Positions 52,969 to 64,000 of a DNA stretch of 64,000 bases are shown here, in pieces (position 1 is the first letter of the stretch; every line of letters begins with the position of its first letter). The notes under the pieces were generated by a model that ran no database searches, had not been told where the DNA came from, and saw only the letters and a list, made by a program, of their open reading frames with translations. Source of the DNA: Epiperipatus broadwayi (taxonomy: Eukaryota; Animalia; Onychophora); the NCBI GenBank assembly GCA_028023455.1, contig JAQFVV010000008.1, positions 8,060,001 through 8,124,000 of the forward strand, given 5' to 3'. A program made the translations under genes and the position numbers.

Positions 52969-53010
52969 CCAATATATGTATTTCATGCTTAACCAGCAAT
53001 CATCAGTTGG
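52969..53010 (-). ncRNA. Minimal type I hammerhead ribozyme (family A)
   Basis: Minus strand: CCAA CTGATGA TTGCT-GGTTA-AGCAT GAAA TACATA TA TTGG. Confidence 0.7.
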
Positions 53011-53289
53011 CCTAGATTATAATCTTTACACATATATGCAATAAGTGCTCAGATATATATTAAGATAGCCAATTTTGATACTTCAATAGACCGACTCCAA
53101 TCCACTTCAACTGTCCATCCAATTGAAAATCTGAATTTCAGCCTCAGGATGGCCTTTGAGGATTCCATCATCAGATTTTCAATTGGATGGACGGTTGAAG
53201 AGTTGGAGTGAGCTTGTCCATTAAAATATGAAGATTGGGAATATATATTTGAGCAATTATTACATATATGTGTAGAAATGATAATCTGG

Positions 53290-53333
53290 ACCAACTGATG
53301 ATTGCTGGTTAAGCATGAAATACGAATATTGGT
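53290..53333 (+). ncRNA. Minimal type I hammerhead ribozyme (family A)
   Basis: ACCAA CTGATGA TTGCT-GGTTA-AGCAT GAAA TACGAA TA TTGGT. Confidence 0.7.
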
Positions 53334-54664
53334 GATTATTTATCTTTTCAACATATATGTGTTTAAATATATCTGTGTTATGAGATAGGGTGGAGAGTGG
53401 TGGGTCGTGTGAAAGTCTGTGCTCATATAATCTATATATTATATATATTGATAGAGGTATATAATAAGTTTGTATTTCAGTCATTAGTCTGTGTTCATTT
53501 CTTCTTTCCCTTTTAAGCTTTAAATATACATGCACACACATACTACGTTTTGTGCCATGAGACCAACCCATCTCAATATATATATAATAAAATTTAAATT
53601 GCATAGTGTATAATTTAAGTGTGGGGAAGGGGTGCTAATACAACTTTATATAATATTGTTATGATCATCAGTATTTAATGGAAAGATTTATATGATTTTT
53701 TTTACATCAAATAGTCAAACAAAAAAGATATGTATTTTAACAGATCTTAAGACTGTGATAGTAATTTATAGCTTTAAAGCAATTTTTATCAATACAACAT
53801 TAGATAACTACTAATTTAAATTGACAATAAATTCTGTTTAACAGTATTTCATACACATTTTTAATAAGAAATTATTTTAAGCATTAATATTTATTTAAAT
53901 AATCATAAAATATAGTAATTTTTTATTATATCATGCACTGTATATATATATATATCTGTAAATTAATGAACAAATATTTTTAAGCATATTATTTTTTTAA
54001 AAAAAATTAATAACCTGTGGATAAATATACTGTATAAAAACATTTTGATAACTATAACATAATATATATATTAACAATTCTCCATTTTACTTTTTATATA
54101 GCAGAGAATATTTCTTGATCCATAATTCATTAAATTAAAGCATAACGAAAAAAAAACAATCACAATATATGTTTTAATATGTATATAATGCAATGTACAT
54201 TATAAAAACAATTTTTGATGCAGTTTATGTTCTATTATAAAAGTTTTTTTATTTTTGTAATATCTAATCAATAAAACAGAGAACTTTTGTTGTTGTTTTT
54301 TGCACTACTGTTTTATTTATTTTACATAAATGCAGTGAAATTAAATAAAAATTTGATCATGAAATGTGATCTACCATTGGTTACTGAAGTTTTAATAATA
54401 CAAATGATTTTTAAAAAAATTATTTTGCTAATGTCATAATGGTATATTTTCATACTGTATTTATAATAAAAGGCATCATTTTCTGGAACAAATTATGAAA
54501 TATTTAAATTGACAAAATAAATGATATTTTCAACTTATGATTAGGAACCTTTGATCATATAAAGTTGATTATTATTTGCATGATACACAAAATCATTTTT
54601 TTCTTCTCTTTTTCTCTCTTTAAAATAATTTGCAATTATGATGACTGAATTTTACAATTACAAT

Positions 54665-55725
54665 TAATAGTTTTAACAAGGCTGTAAACCTTAGCAATGA
54701 GCGTCTGAAAAAATCGTCACTAGGGACCTCTGTAGGTCTTTAAAACACATGCTTACGCTATGAAGAAAAGAGAGAATCCTTCTTTACTTCGACCTACTTT
54801 TATATATAAATAGGTGAAGCAGAAGTGTTTTGATCTAAGAGTGTGAAGCTATTAAATACTTCACTAATTAAGTCCACAATTCTTATAATACATTAATACT
54901 CGCGAAATCTTACGATTTACTACGAGTTAATGAAAAGATCTTATAGTAAGAAATATAATACGATAATTTAAAGTTGTAATTATAAATTTTATTAAACGCT
55001 CACTATTATTTCAGTAATAGTTTTAACAAGGCTGTAAACCTTAGCAATGAGCATCTGAAAAAATCGTCACTAGGGACCTCTGTAGGTCTTTAAAACACAT
55101 GCTTACGCTATGAAGAAAAGAGAGAATCCTTCTTTACTTCGACCTACTTTTATATATAAATAGGTGAAGCAGAAGTGTTTTGATCTAAGAGTGTGAAGCT
55201 ATTAAATACTTCACTAATTAAGTCCACAATTCTTATAATACATTAATACTCGCAAAATCTTACGATTTACTACGAGTTAATGAAAAGATCTTATAGTAAG
55301 AAATATAATATGATAATTTAAAGTTGTAATTATAAATTTTATTAAACGCTCACTATTATTTCAGTAATAGTTTTAACAAGGCTGTAAACCTTAGCAATGA
55401 GCGTCTGAAAAGATCTTTTCATTAACTCGTAGTAAATCGTAAGATTTCGCGAGTATTAATGTATTATAAGAATTGTGGACTTAATTAGTGAAGTATTTAA
55501 TAGCTTCACACTCTTAGATCAAAACACTTCTGCTTCACCTATTTATATATAAAAGTAGGTCGAAGTAAAGGATTCTCTCTTTTCTTCATAGCGTAAGCAT
55601 GTGTTTTAAAGACCTACAGAGGTCCCTAGTGACGATTTTTTCAGACGCTCATTGCTAAGGTTTACAGCCTTGTTAAAACTATTACTGAAATAATAGTGAG
55701 CGTTTAATAAAATTTATAATTACAA
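54665..55725. mobile_element. Very young 350-bp tandem array (2 full units and a partial) followed by an inverted copy
   Basis: Units start at 54665, 55015 and 55365. Inversion from ~55411. Near-identical and CpG-retaining. The 13-bp direct repeat AATTACAATTAAT sits at both ends (54656-54668, 55718-55730). Confidence 0.9.
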
Positions 55726-55875
55726 TTAATGCATTTTTGCCCAAGCAAAATAATGTTCATAAGAATTTTAATCCATAAAATTGATAATATATTCTACATA
55801 ATATACAGATTTTAAAATTTATTATTATTACACTTTGTTGTTGGAAATGATTAAAGTATATTTCTGATTACTTAC

Positions 55876-55920
55876 TTTTATGAGTGAAATTGCCATTTTT
55901 TTTATTTTTTTTATATCCAT
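55876..55920 (-). CDS. Candidate first coding segment MDIKKIKKMAISLIK within exon 55876-55962
   Basis: 'ctgattttcattcag|' acceptor, '|gtaagt' donor, two in-frame ATGs, upstream part closed in all frames (UTR-like). Confidence 0.3.
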
Positions 55921-56599
55921 TAATATGTCATAAATGAAAGCTCTGATTGTCATTCAAGGACCCTGAATGAAAATCAGACAAAACACATTTTGATTCTATA
56001 ATCAAAACAATACTGTGTAATGAATACATTATGTAATATATTGTATATTTTTAGCAACATCATCACCATTTTATTTTCAAGATGTAGCTTTAGTGAAATT
56101 ATTATTCTATGACATCATTATTCTTACAAAATGGCCATCATTTGGGGGGGGGGGGGTAAGAATTTTTTAAGATTGTCATAGTGAATAATCAATTATAAAT
56201 CAAAATAGTGGGTGTAAATTGATGATGATTCCTGTAGCAAATTCTCACATAAAGATTTATCACTAAATGGAGTAATACACTTTTACATTTCAAATATACA
56301 GTTGAAAGTAGTGGGAAAATTATACTAATAGCACTTAAGATTTATTTTGCAGCCAATTTTTTTTGCTAGGTCTAGCAATTGGTTTCCCAAATGCCATATA
56401 CTATTGGGTTTTTTTATTAATGTATACTGTCCTATATAAATGTTGTGTGCAGAAAAAGTAAACTTTTGTAAACCATATACTTTATTCATACTAAGCATGC
56501 TTTTGACATAGAGATGTCATATTCATAGCAACTTAAGTTTATTTAGTATTCATGGCTTTTATAATTTTTCAGTTTTTATTTAATATTTAAAATATATTC

Positions 56600-57060
56600 T
56601 ATTTAATTTAATTTCTTTAAAAATGGTATGCATGTCTCTTTTTTATTTATAGCTTTATGAACTCCTGTAATTGCCAGGCTTTTTTAATTTTGCATTTTCT
56701 GTCATTGCTCTCCATATATATAATTCTGGCTGTAGTCAAATCAAACATATGGCCTGAATTGCATTCATGCTCCATAAATATGGATATGTATTCTTTATTT
56801 CTCTGTGTCTTATTATATAAATATCTGTGCTGGTCTAATCTAGTTGATAAATTTGCCCACTTCCATAATATGCAGCATTGCACATGGGTTGGTTGCACTG
56901 AAATTTGTAAGCAATTTGATGTGTTAAGTCTGTTGGGCAATTTATTCTTAGAATTGTTTAATATTTTATTTAATGATGGAGGAGTTTGGAAACTTATATG
57001 TATCTTTACAGATTCTTTTTAATTTTTGTGAGATTTTTGGAACATGAGGAAGGCTAATTC
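56600..57060 (-). mobile_element. PLE linker and GIY-YIG endonuclease fragment
   Basis: LPHVPKISQKLKRICK, CNAAYYG, TRLDQH, FMEHECNSGHMFDL..IIYMESNDRKCKIKKAW. Confidence 0.8.
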
Positions 57061-57680
57061 ATTTTTATTCTCTATAGGTTAAGAGGAAGGGATTTTTAAT
57101 CTATCATAAAATCTTTCAACTGTTTTTATGATTTTATTGTAGTTATATCCTAACTCTTTTAAGTTCTTAGTATACATGTCTATAAGTTTACTTTTTAAAT
57201 GTTACATTTTAAGCAAGCACTAAAAAACAATATTTGCTAATTATTTTTTATTATGTTAGAAATTATACTTCCTTTAAACTTTAAATATAGACTTCAAATA
57301 TAATAAAGTCCAAATGTATTTATAATATTTTTACCCAAATGCATGAAAGTCTCTATCTCTTTACGCATTCATCTTTTTCTTTTATATTTTAAAAAATTAT
57401 TAACTGTAGTCTGGCTTAACTGAAATGATTTGTTTGTTTCAAAATTTATCTTAGAAAACAGTGAGTATATTTTTTCATCAGCTACATTTCATATGTTTGA
57501 AATGTAAGACTATGCTTTAATTGTAGTATAATCATGATACTTGGATGAAAAGAGATAAACGATTAAAAAATGAAGATTGTTAGCCACTTTTATAAAGATT
57601 ATAGAATCTTTTTGGATTTTATCAAATTTGAATTATGCTTATAATAATTTCTGACTTGATAAAGAATGATTAATAATAGG

Positions 57681-57787
57681 TTTTTTTTTTTTTATGTGTC
57701 AAAGCATCAGCCGGGTTGTGAACCTGCAAACCCGGGACAAGTGCTTGTAAAGCAGCTGTGCTGACCTCTCGGCCACCAATACTTGAT
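57681..57787 (-). mobile_element. tRNA-Gly-derived short SINE-like repeat with A-tail
   Basis: Minus strand 'gtattggtggccgagaggtcagcacagctgctttacaagcacttgtcccggg[tttgcagg]ttcacaacccggctgatgc tttgacacat' plus A-run. Confidence 0.7.
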
Positions 57788-57999
57788 TAGTTTATTTATT
57801 TATAGACAAATGATTGATATGTGTACATATTTGATAAAAGAGCATTTACAATATGAATTTACTTAATTTATATACTTATTTGTTAGTCATTTGTTGCCAA
57901 ATATAAAAATGGCTAGATATATTTTTTTTTTTATAAAATTTCAGAAATCAAAAAATAATGAACTTGGAATGTTTTAAACTTTTTATTATGACAATGAAA

Positions 58000-60300
58000 T
58001 AAAATCGCAGTCAACAAATCACATTTGAGTTTTAGTATTGAAAAACAAATTGTCATCTATTATTATGCTCATACTATTTTTTTAAGAATTAGAATATAAA
58101 TGCGATTTACCTGCTGAAGAAGAAGCTGTAAGTATCAACCAAAAAAATCAAATCAATTTAGGCCTAGTACTTTCGAGGTTTTCCTCATATTCTTGGCCAA
58201 AATAAGTTATAAACATTGCTGTAATGTTATAAAATAATAAAATATGCAAATGCGAATGCAAATTAATTTGTCCATTTTCTCGAAATAAAAAAACATGTAT
58301 CGCATCTATTTATGGCATTGTTATCACTGATAATAAAATAAGCCTCCTTGATTTTTCTTTTGCAATCATTGGCTTCGGAACATACTATCTTGGGATTGCA
58401 GGGTTCAAACACATGGCCAACCTGCTTCTCATGTTCAAAAAATATAGAGAAGCTATCATTATTCTTTTTTGCTCTTCTATACATATACATGTGTTGAACA
58501 GCTCTATTATGAACAGTGGCCTTAGTTTCCCCGTAGTATATGGCATTGCATCCAGCCTGAGGGCTTGAAATACTGTATATGACCTGGGGTGTCTGAGATG
58601 GATTCATTCTCTCCTTTGAATTATTAATTATTCTGTTAGTATGATATTGAGGCAGTGTAAGTAATATGTTTGAATCATACTTCAATAATATTTTTATATA
58701 CCCTCCATGCATAAATGTTTATCTAGATAATGCAAATTCTCTTGAAATCTCATCTTTCAGTTGAGAATTATTGACAACCATTATTTAGTTGGCTAGCTTG
58801 GCTATGAGCTAACAATTTGAAAAGACTCATAATTTAACCCTGTATTTGAAACCAGTTGACATTCTTTAATGAAAATAAGTCAGAGAACTATTTGTCTGAA
58901 AACAAATTTGCAGTAATGTATAAGTCATTTAGTATTCAATTTTAAATAGAATTTATGAGAAAAAAATAATATCGAAGTTGTTATATGATAATAATTTAGT
59001 GTTTTTACATGGAAATAGTTTAATATTTTAATTAAATGCTGTTAAATGCTTTAGTAGTAGTATTAATGATGTTTTGCCATTTTTTGAAATGGGAATTGTT
59101 TATGATTGATTTCTTCCAGCAATTTCGAAAAGTGTGTTATTGTGACACAATTATGATCTGCCACTAACATACCCCATATTACTAATTGCATAATATAGAT
59201 GGATATTAATAAGAAGACTTAAAAAAAAGTGAAATAAATAGAAGATAAGGCAAATAATAAAGAACACAAAAAGATCAGATCCTCTTTAAGAAAAATTGCT
59301 CAAGAAAAAAAATGAAATTAGGATTATTCCTATAACGGAAAATACTTTTGACTTTTGTTATCAATTTATAATTCAGCTAAACTGAATTTAATTGAAATAT
59401 AATTGTGATTTTTAAGTTTATTTGAATATTAGTGCAGAAATTTTAATATATGTTTGATTTTAACATACACATATAAATTTACTTGTAAAAGTATTAGTAT
59501 TATTTTGCATGTTTGTAGTTAATGAAATTAGTCGTTTGTGACCAATAACGATTAGTACCGTTCATTAGCTTGGAAAAATCAGGTTTTTGTTTCATAGGCG
59601 CATGTGATAAATAGGTAACTCTGTTTTGTTCAGTTTTATCACGTGAACTGATTTATTACCCACCAATTAAACCTATTAATAACTATAAAAAAAAAATAGT
59701 AGGAAATAAACTACTTAAACAAGAGTTATGCAATTAATATTAACGTAAAGAAATCCCCCCCTCCTCGTCCCAATATAGAAATATTATATTTTACAAAATT
59801 TGTAGATATGAAAGTATTTGTGTTAAAACTACTATAGTAATAAAATTAATTGGATGTGATAAGTATCTATACATCCATTAGCAAGTATTTATTTATTTTA
59901 TAGATTATAAATATGGTATTCTGTCACAGCATTAAGCTATTTAGACCATTACACTATATACGAATATATATTATTTATTAATATCCTGAGATTATATACA
60001 AGAGGTATAAAAGTACATCGTTTTATGATATTATTGTTTAAATTTATCATTCTCGTTCATATATTGATAACTGTTTTTTGTTGTTCCATTTGATTATGGT
60101 TTTGAAACAATGTTTTGAGTTTACTTATTTTTTTACTGATCTACTTACATTCAAAAATCAAACTTTATTTACACATTAGAGTGGATACAAAAGCAATCAA
60201 TGATAGGATATCATAGTCTATAAGCAAGTTACAATGTATACCTATAAATGATGTATGCAAGCTATGTATACAGAAATATCAAAAGTTGTATTAGACCCAC
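58000..60300. promoter_or_regulatory. CpG-retaining domain, possible unmethylated promoter region
   Basis: About twenty CpGs counted by eye in ~2.3 kb versus a handful per 3 kb in old sequence elsewhere. Includes CACGTG (~59640) and CCAAT-like motifs. Confidence 0.3.
58263..58712 (-). mobile_element. PLE GIY-YIG endonuclease domain (open 149-codon relic)
   Basis: VIYSI..CNAIYYGETK..NRAVQH..FEHEKQVGHVF..CKRKIKEAYFI..NAINR. Confidence 0.85.
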
Positions 60301-63300
60301 AATTTAGTTTTAAGATCAGTATAAGAAACTCGTGATGGTTAATTAATGCAGGTATGAAAGCAACATAAATAACTATAAATAAAATCAAAGATTATATTAG
60401 TGCCTTAAGGCAGCTTGTCATGAGCTTAATTAGTTAGGAATATAAAGTAATTCAAACCTATGTATAAGGTTTGGAAATTCCATTGATTAATGATTATCCT
60501 GGCCCAAGGAGTAACTAGGACTATCAAAATATTTATAAGTTGATATAGAAAGTTAATTGTATAGTATGCAATTAATACAAAGTTTTTGTATTAAATATAT
60601 AGGGTATATGAAAGATCTTCATAGTTAAAGTTAGATTATTTTTAAGTGAAAGATGTCATATATTATTTGTTTAATGGATGGAAGACAGTTATAGTTTTGG
60701 GCCTAATAAACACATGAATTAGGATTCTAGCCTCATCTGGCTCTGGGTTTGGTCCATTAGCCAAGGCTGACAAGTTTGTTTATCCTCTTGTTTTATCTTG
60801 TAGAGTATAGTTAGATATTAGTTTATTATTTATGATATAAAAAAAGCACATACATATACATTATTATTAGTTCTTGTGCATTTTGAAATTGGAGAACAAA
60901 TTTAGATTAATTAAATGAATGTAATGGAATTGGTGGGGGGGGGGGATGATTGTTGAATGGATGATAGTGTTTTGTGGAATTCTGCTTGAAAATATATAAC
61001 AAGAATTTTAGTGTGGAATAAAAATCCAGGAATATATAGTATACAAATAGATATTTCATCAATTCCATTGCTAGACTTAATAAATATTGTGTTCAGAGGG
61101 GAAAAGATTATATAAATTTATTGAAAAATCATCAGTTATTGAAGCAATTCTATTCAGAAATGTCCAGTGTTTATTTTTTCAGACAATCCACTGTATATAG
61201 TTTTTAATAAAAAATTAATATTGCATAGAAGCTCTACATGGCTTAGTGCAATTATAGAATGGTGGACCCTTGGGTTCAAGGTCCACAGATCATAGTTCAA
61301 CTTTATCACTTTTAAAAAGTTTTGTGATTTCTTTAATTTATAGCCAGTATTTAATATCCTAAGTCAATATTATATAATTACTAAGAATTAGAAAGATAAA
61401 TGATAAAATACTCATTAAATAAATCGCTGCAGAGCAAAAGATCTCTCCAACTGTTCCCATTGATAAGAAATGAAAAAAAGAGTATATTTTATCAGACTTC
61501 TCAATTTCCAGGCAGTAGTGGTTATTTCATTCTTATAGTTAAGATTAGTTAAATATCCATTTACTGCTTAATATGGAATAGTTATCTGAGTTGGTTATAA
61601 TTAGTTACCTAAAAGATAAATCCTAAACTACTAAAAAAAAAATTCAAATTTATTCAACTGAGATTCAAGACATCACAGAAATATATTTATCATAAGCACC
61701 ACAAGGCTACTGTAACTATTCATTAGAATATTTTATATAATCCAGGTAAAATGTTTCAATGATACTGAGAAGAAATAGTATTCAAAGCATTGTAAATTCC
61801 AGATATAGACATTCTAAAAAAAGAACGTACTCAAATTGGGATTTATTTTTTAATTTTAATATACATATTATTTAGTACAAAAGAAAATAAATATTCTTTT
61901 TCATTATGTATTGGAAAACTAATAATAATTATGAGTTATTGTAACTATATATTTTTAAAATATATATTATACTGGACAGCCAGAACCTAATATTCATCAA
62001 CAGAAAGCATCACTATATTTCTAACCTAAAAAATTTATAATTTATTGATGAGGATATTAACTACCAGTGCCAACCACAGTTGTTCTATCATATATATCTA
62101 AAATTGCTGCTAGATCATGGATAGTAGAAATTCTTGGCAAAATCACAATTGGCAGAGCAACAACAGTAAATAAAATGCTAGGCAAATCTAACAATTAACA
62201 ACACAATATTTATTAGCAACTTAACAATAGATATACATTAATGTACAACTCACTTATAGAGTTTATGTGACTAATAGTAATTAACTCTTTAAGTTAGTAT
62301 GTAAAGTATTCCCTCCATGTTACCTTTAGTACATTAATAATTCTTGAATTTTTACAAAGACTTGACAAATTCTAGATGTGTGCGCATATATATTCACAGT
62401 AATATTAACACATAATCAATAGTCAGCAGGTTTAATCATTATACAAGCTCACAAATGCTGACAATTATAAAACAAAGCTTATATGTAGTGGATTGGATTC
62501 CACCATGAAAAGCAAAAATAAAAAGTAATATCAATCAGGCTCACAAATAACCCATGTTAAAAAGGAAAAACATATGAAAGAATGGGGAAGAAAAGGCACT
62601 TTATCCGAATGTGAAAATCAATAAGGACTGCAAATTTTAAGTGTTAAATAAATCACAGCTTCGAACACAGAATAATAGCATATAAATGAGCATGGGAAAG
62701 AAAAGTCACTTTACCTTAGGGCTGAACACATAATAAAACTTCACATGGTATATATAAGAGATCATTTTGTATGCCCATCTATAGATGCATATTTATTTCT
62801 TTACTTTCAGATGTATATGATGTAGAACAACAAGCAACTGCCATAAATTTAAAGAACTTAAATGATTTATATAAAAAAATATATGCACACATTATGTATA
62901 CAAATACAAATATGTAGTGCTGATTTTAAAATCTTCAAGGCATTATTAATTATTCATAAATTCGACACTAGAAAAAAACAAACAATCTAATTTATTTTAA
63001 CTTATGATTTCTTTCTTTGAATTAACTTGGATTATAAATAACAATCATGAATATGGAAGGGAAAACTTTAACTTTCTTTCAGTTACTTTACCTTTTTAAA
63101 ACTTTATGAGGGAAAATATCAAATTTGGAAAATTCACTAATTTACATTAACAAAAATTATCAACTATTACTAATATAATAATATATGAAAGATATATATA
63201 AATATAATAGATAAAATTAGAAATATCAAATTTACACTTTTCCCTGATCACTGGCTTATTCATAATGTTTTAACAAAATAGTTTATGAGAAAGGTTTTAT

Positions 63301-63343
63301 CTTAAATCCAGAGTGAAGTGAATAAAAAGGTTATTACTTTCAG

Positions 63344-63410
63344 GAAAGATGATGATATAAAGGCATACATATGCAAATATATTGATATTGGTTCCTGTCT
63401 TCTTTCTTGA
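63344..63410 (+). CDS. Candidate terminal coding exon (W)KDDDIKAYICKYIDIGSCLLS*
   Basis: 'ttattactttcag|' acceptor. The phase-2 frame is compatible with the 47562-47644 exon. GC-richer UTR-like sequence follows. Confidence 0.25.
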
Positions 63411-64000
63411 TTTCCTTGAATGAGTATTGGAGTTTGTCATGGAGCTACCTTATTGGTAAAGAAAAGTGCATTTCTTCTATGGTCTCTTCAGTGGTAGTAG
63501 TTGGCATATGTTGTTTGTCAGTTATCAGGCAAGGTTAACATACAATGGCTACAGGTTTATGCTGGAGAGTGGAGTTCATTTTATGGGTGTTTTATCAGCA
63601 CATAATTTGGTTACTGGAAAAAGTTCTGGCTTCATTATATGGCTGGGTACTGGTAAAATTCAGCAGAATCACTGTTGGAGTTAAACTGGAACAAAATGTA
63701 GAATGCTGAGTAGAAAAGCAGAATAAATGGAACAATGCATGCTCAATATAAATTTCAGCTGTTTTTTTTATAGACTGAAAGTTAATTGATTAGCCCACTT
63801 AAGAATATCCTTTAATTAGCAAACCAGTGATTACAATTTTAAACCCAGATAAGCCAGTAATTTTTTTAATTAATGGATTTACATTTTTAATTAGATTGAT
63901 TTAGGAATTTTATAGATAACCATATTAAAATCAGAAAATTACTTAATGAAAGAAAAATTATTGATTTTGTTAAAAGTTTTAATTACTACAACAATGAAGT

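Larger units (their letters stand above)
52863..53437. mobile_element. Fold-back PLE-derived element, family A (subfamily), copy 3
   Basis: Inverted arms around a spacer at ~53135-53170. Termini 'tatatgagcacagactttca' / 'tgaaagtctgtgctcatata'. Confidence 0.8.

Noticed and set aside
54699-54758. Canonical hammerhead in the 350-bp unit
   Set aside because: It has CTGAAAA and AAAA where CUGANGA and GAAA are required. Kept only as part of the structured-RNA hypothesis.
61250-61300. tRNA-derived element around the GTGGACC/GGTCCAC hairpin
   Set aside because: A and B boxes are too weak and there is no second copy in the window.
2628-63684. Most short ORFs in the supplied track as genes
   Set aside because: They are F/I/L/Y-rich products of AT-rich DNA, often starting at TTG/GTG, or are antisense to TE relics. 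None has a recognisable host domain.
1-64000. CRISPR array or prokaryotic operon
   Set aside because: No repeat-spacer array and no dense ORFs. The tandem repeats have identical, not unique, intervening sequence.

Overview
Very AT-rich, strongly CpG-depleted animal (probably invertebrate) genomic DNA. No long intact ORF is present; it is most likely intronic or intergenic sequence densely filled with retroelement debris. The dominant component is Penelope-like elements (PLEs): RT and GIY-YIG fragments of several families, plus short terminal repeats in tandem and inverted arrays. At least three of these repeat families carry minimal type I hammerhead ribozyme (HHR) motifs. Also present are two RTE LINE fragments, a degenerate LINE RT, a Merlin (IS1595-like) transposase relic, a hAT-type MITE, other fold-back MITE-like elements and three tRNA-Gly-derived short repeats. 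The most striking object is a 3.57 kb non-coding LTR element (38426-41998). It has ~1.4 kb LTRs, a tRNA-Trp-type PBS and a 4-bp TSD, and it sits inside a PLE RT whose reading frame is restored when the element is removed. Each LTR contains a type III hammerhead-like fold, an architecture resembling plant LTR retrozymes. A young 350-bp tandem/inverted array (54665-55725) carries a candidate non-canonical HDV-like or three-way-junction RNA. Host-gene exons are only tentative: short phase-compatible candidates exist on both strands and no protein could be named. All alignments and folds were done by eye, and element boundaries without TSD/TIR support are approximate.
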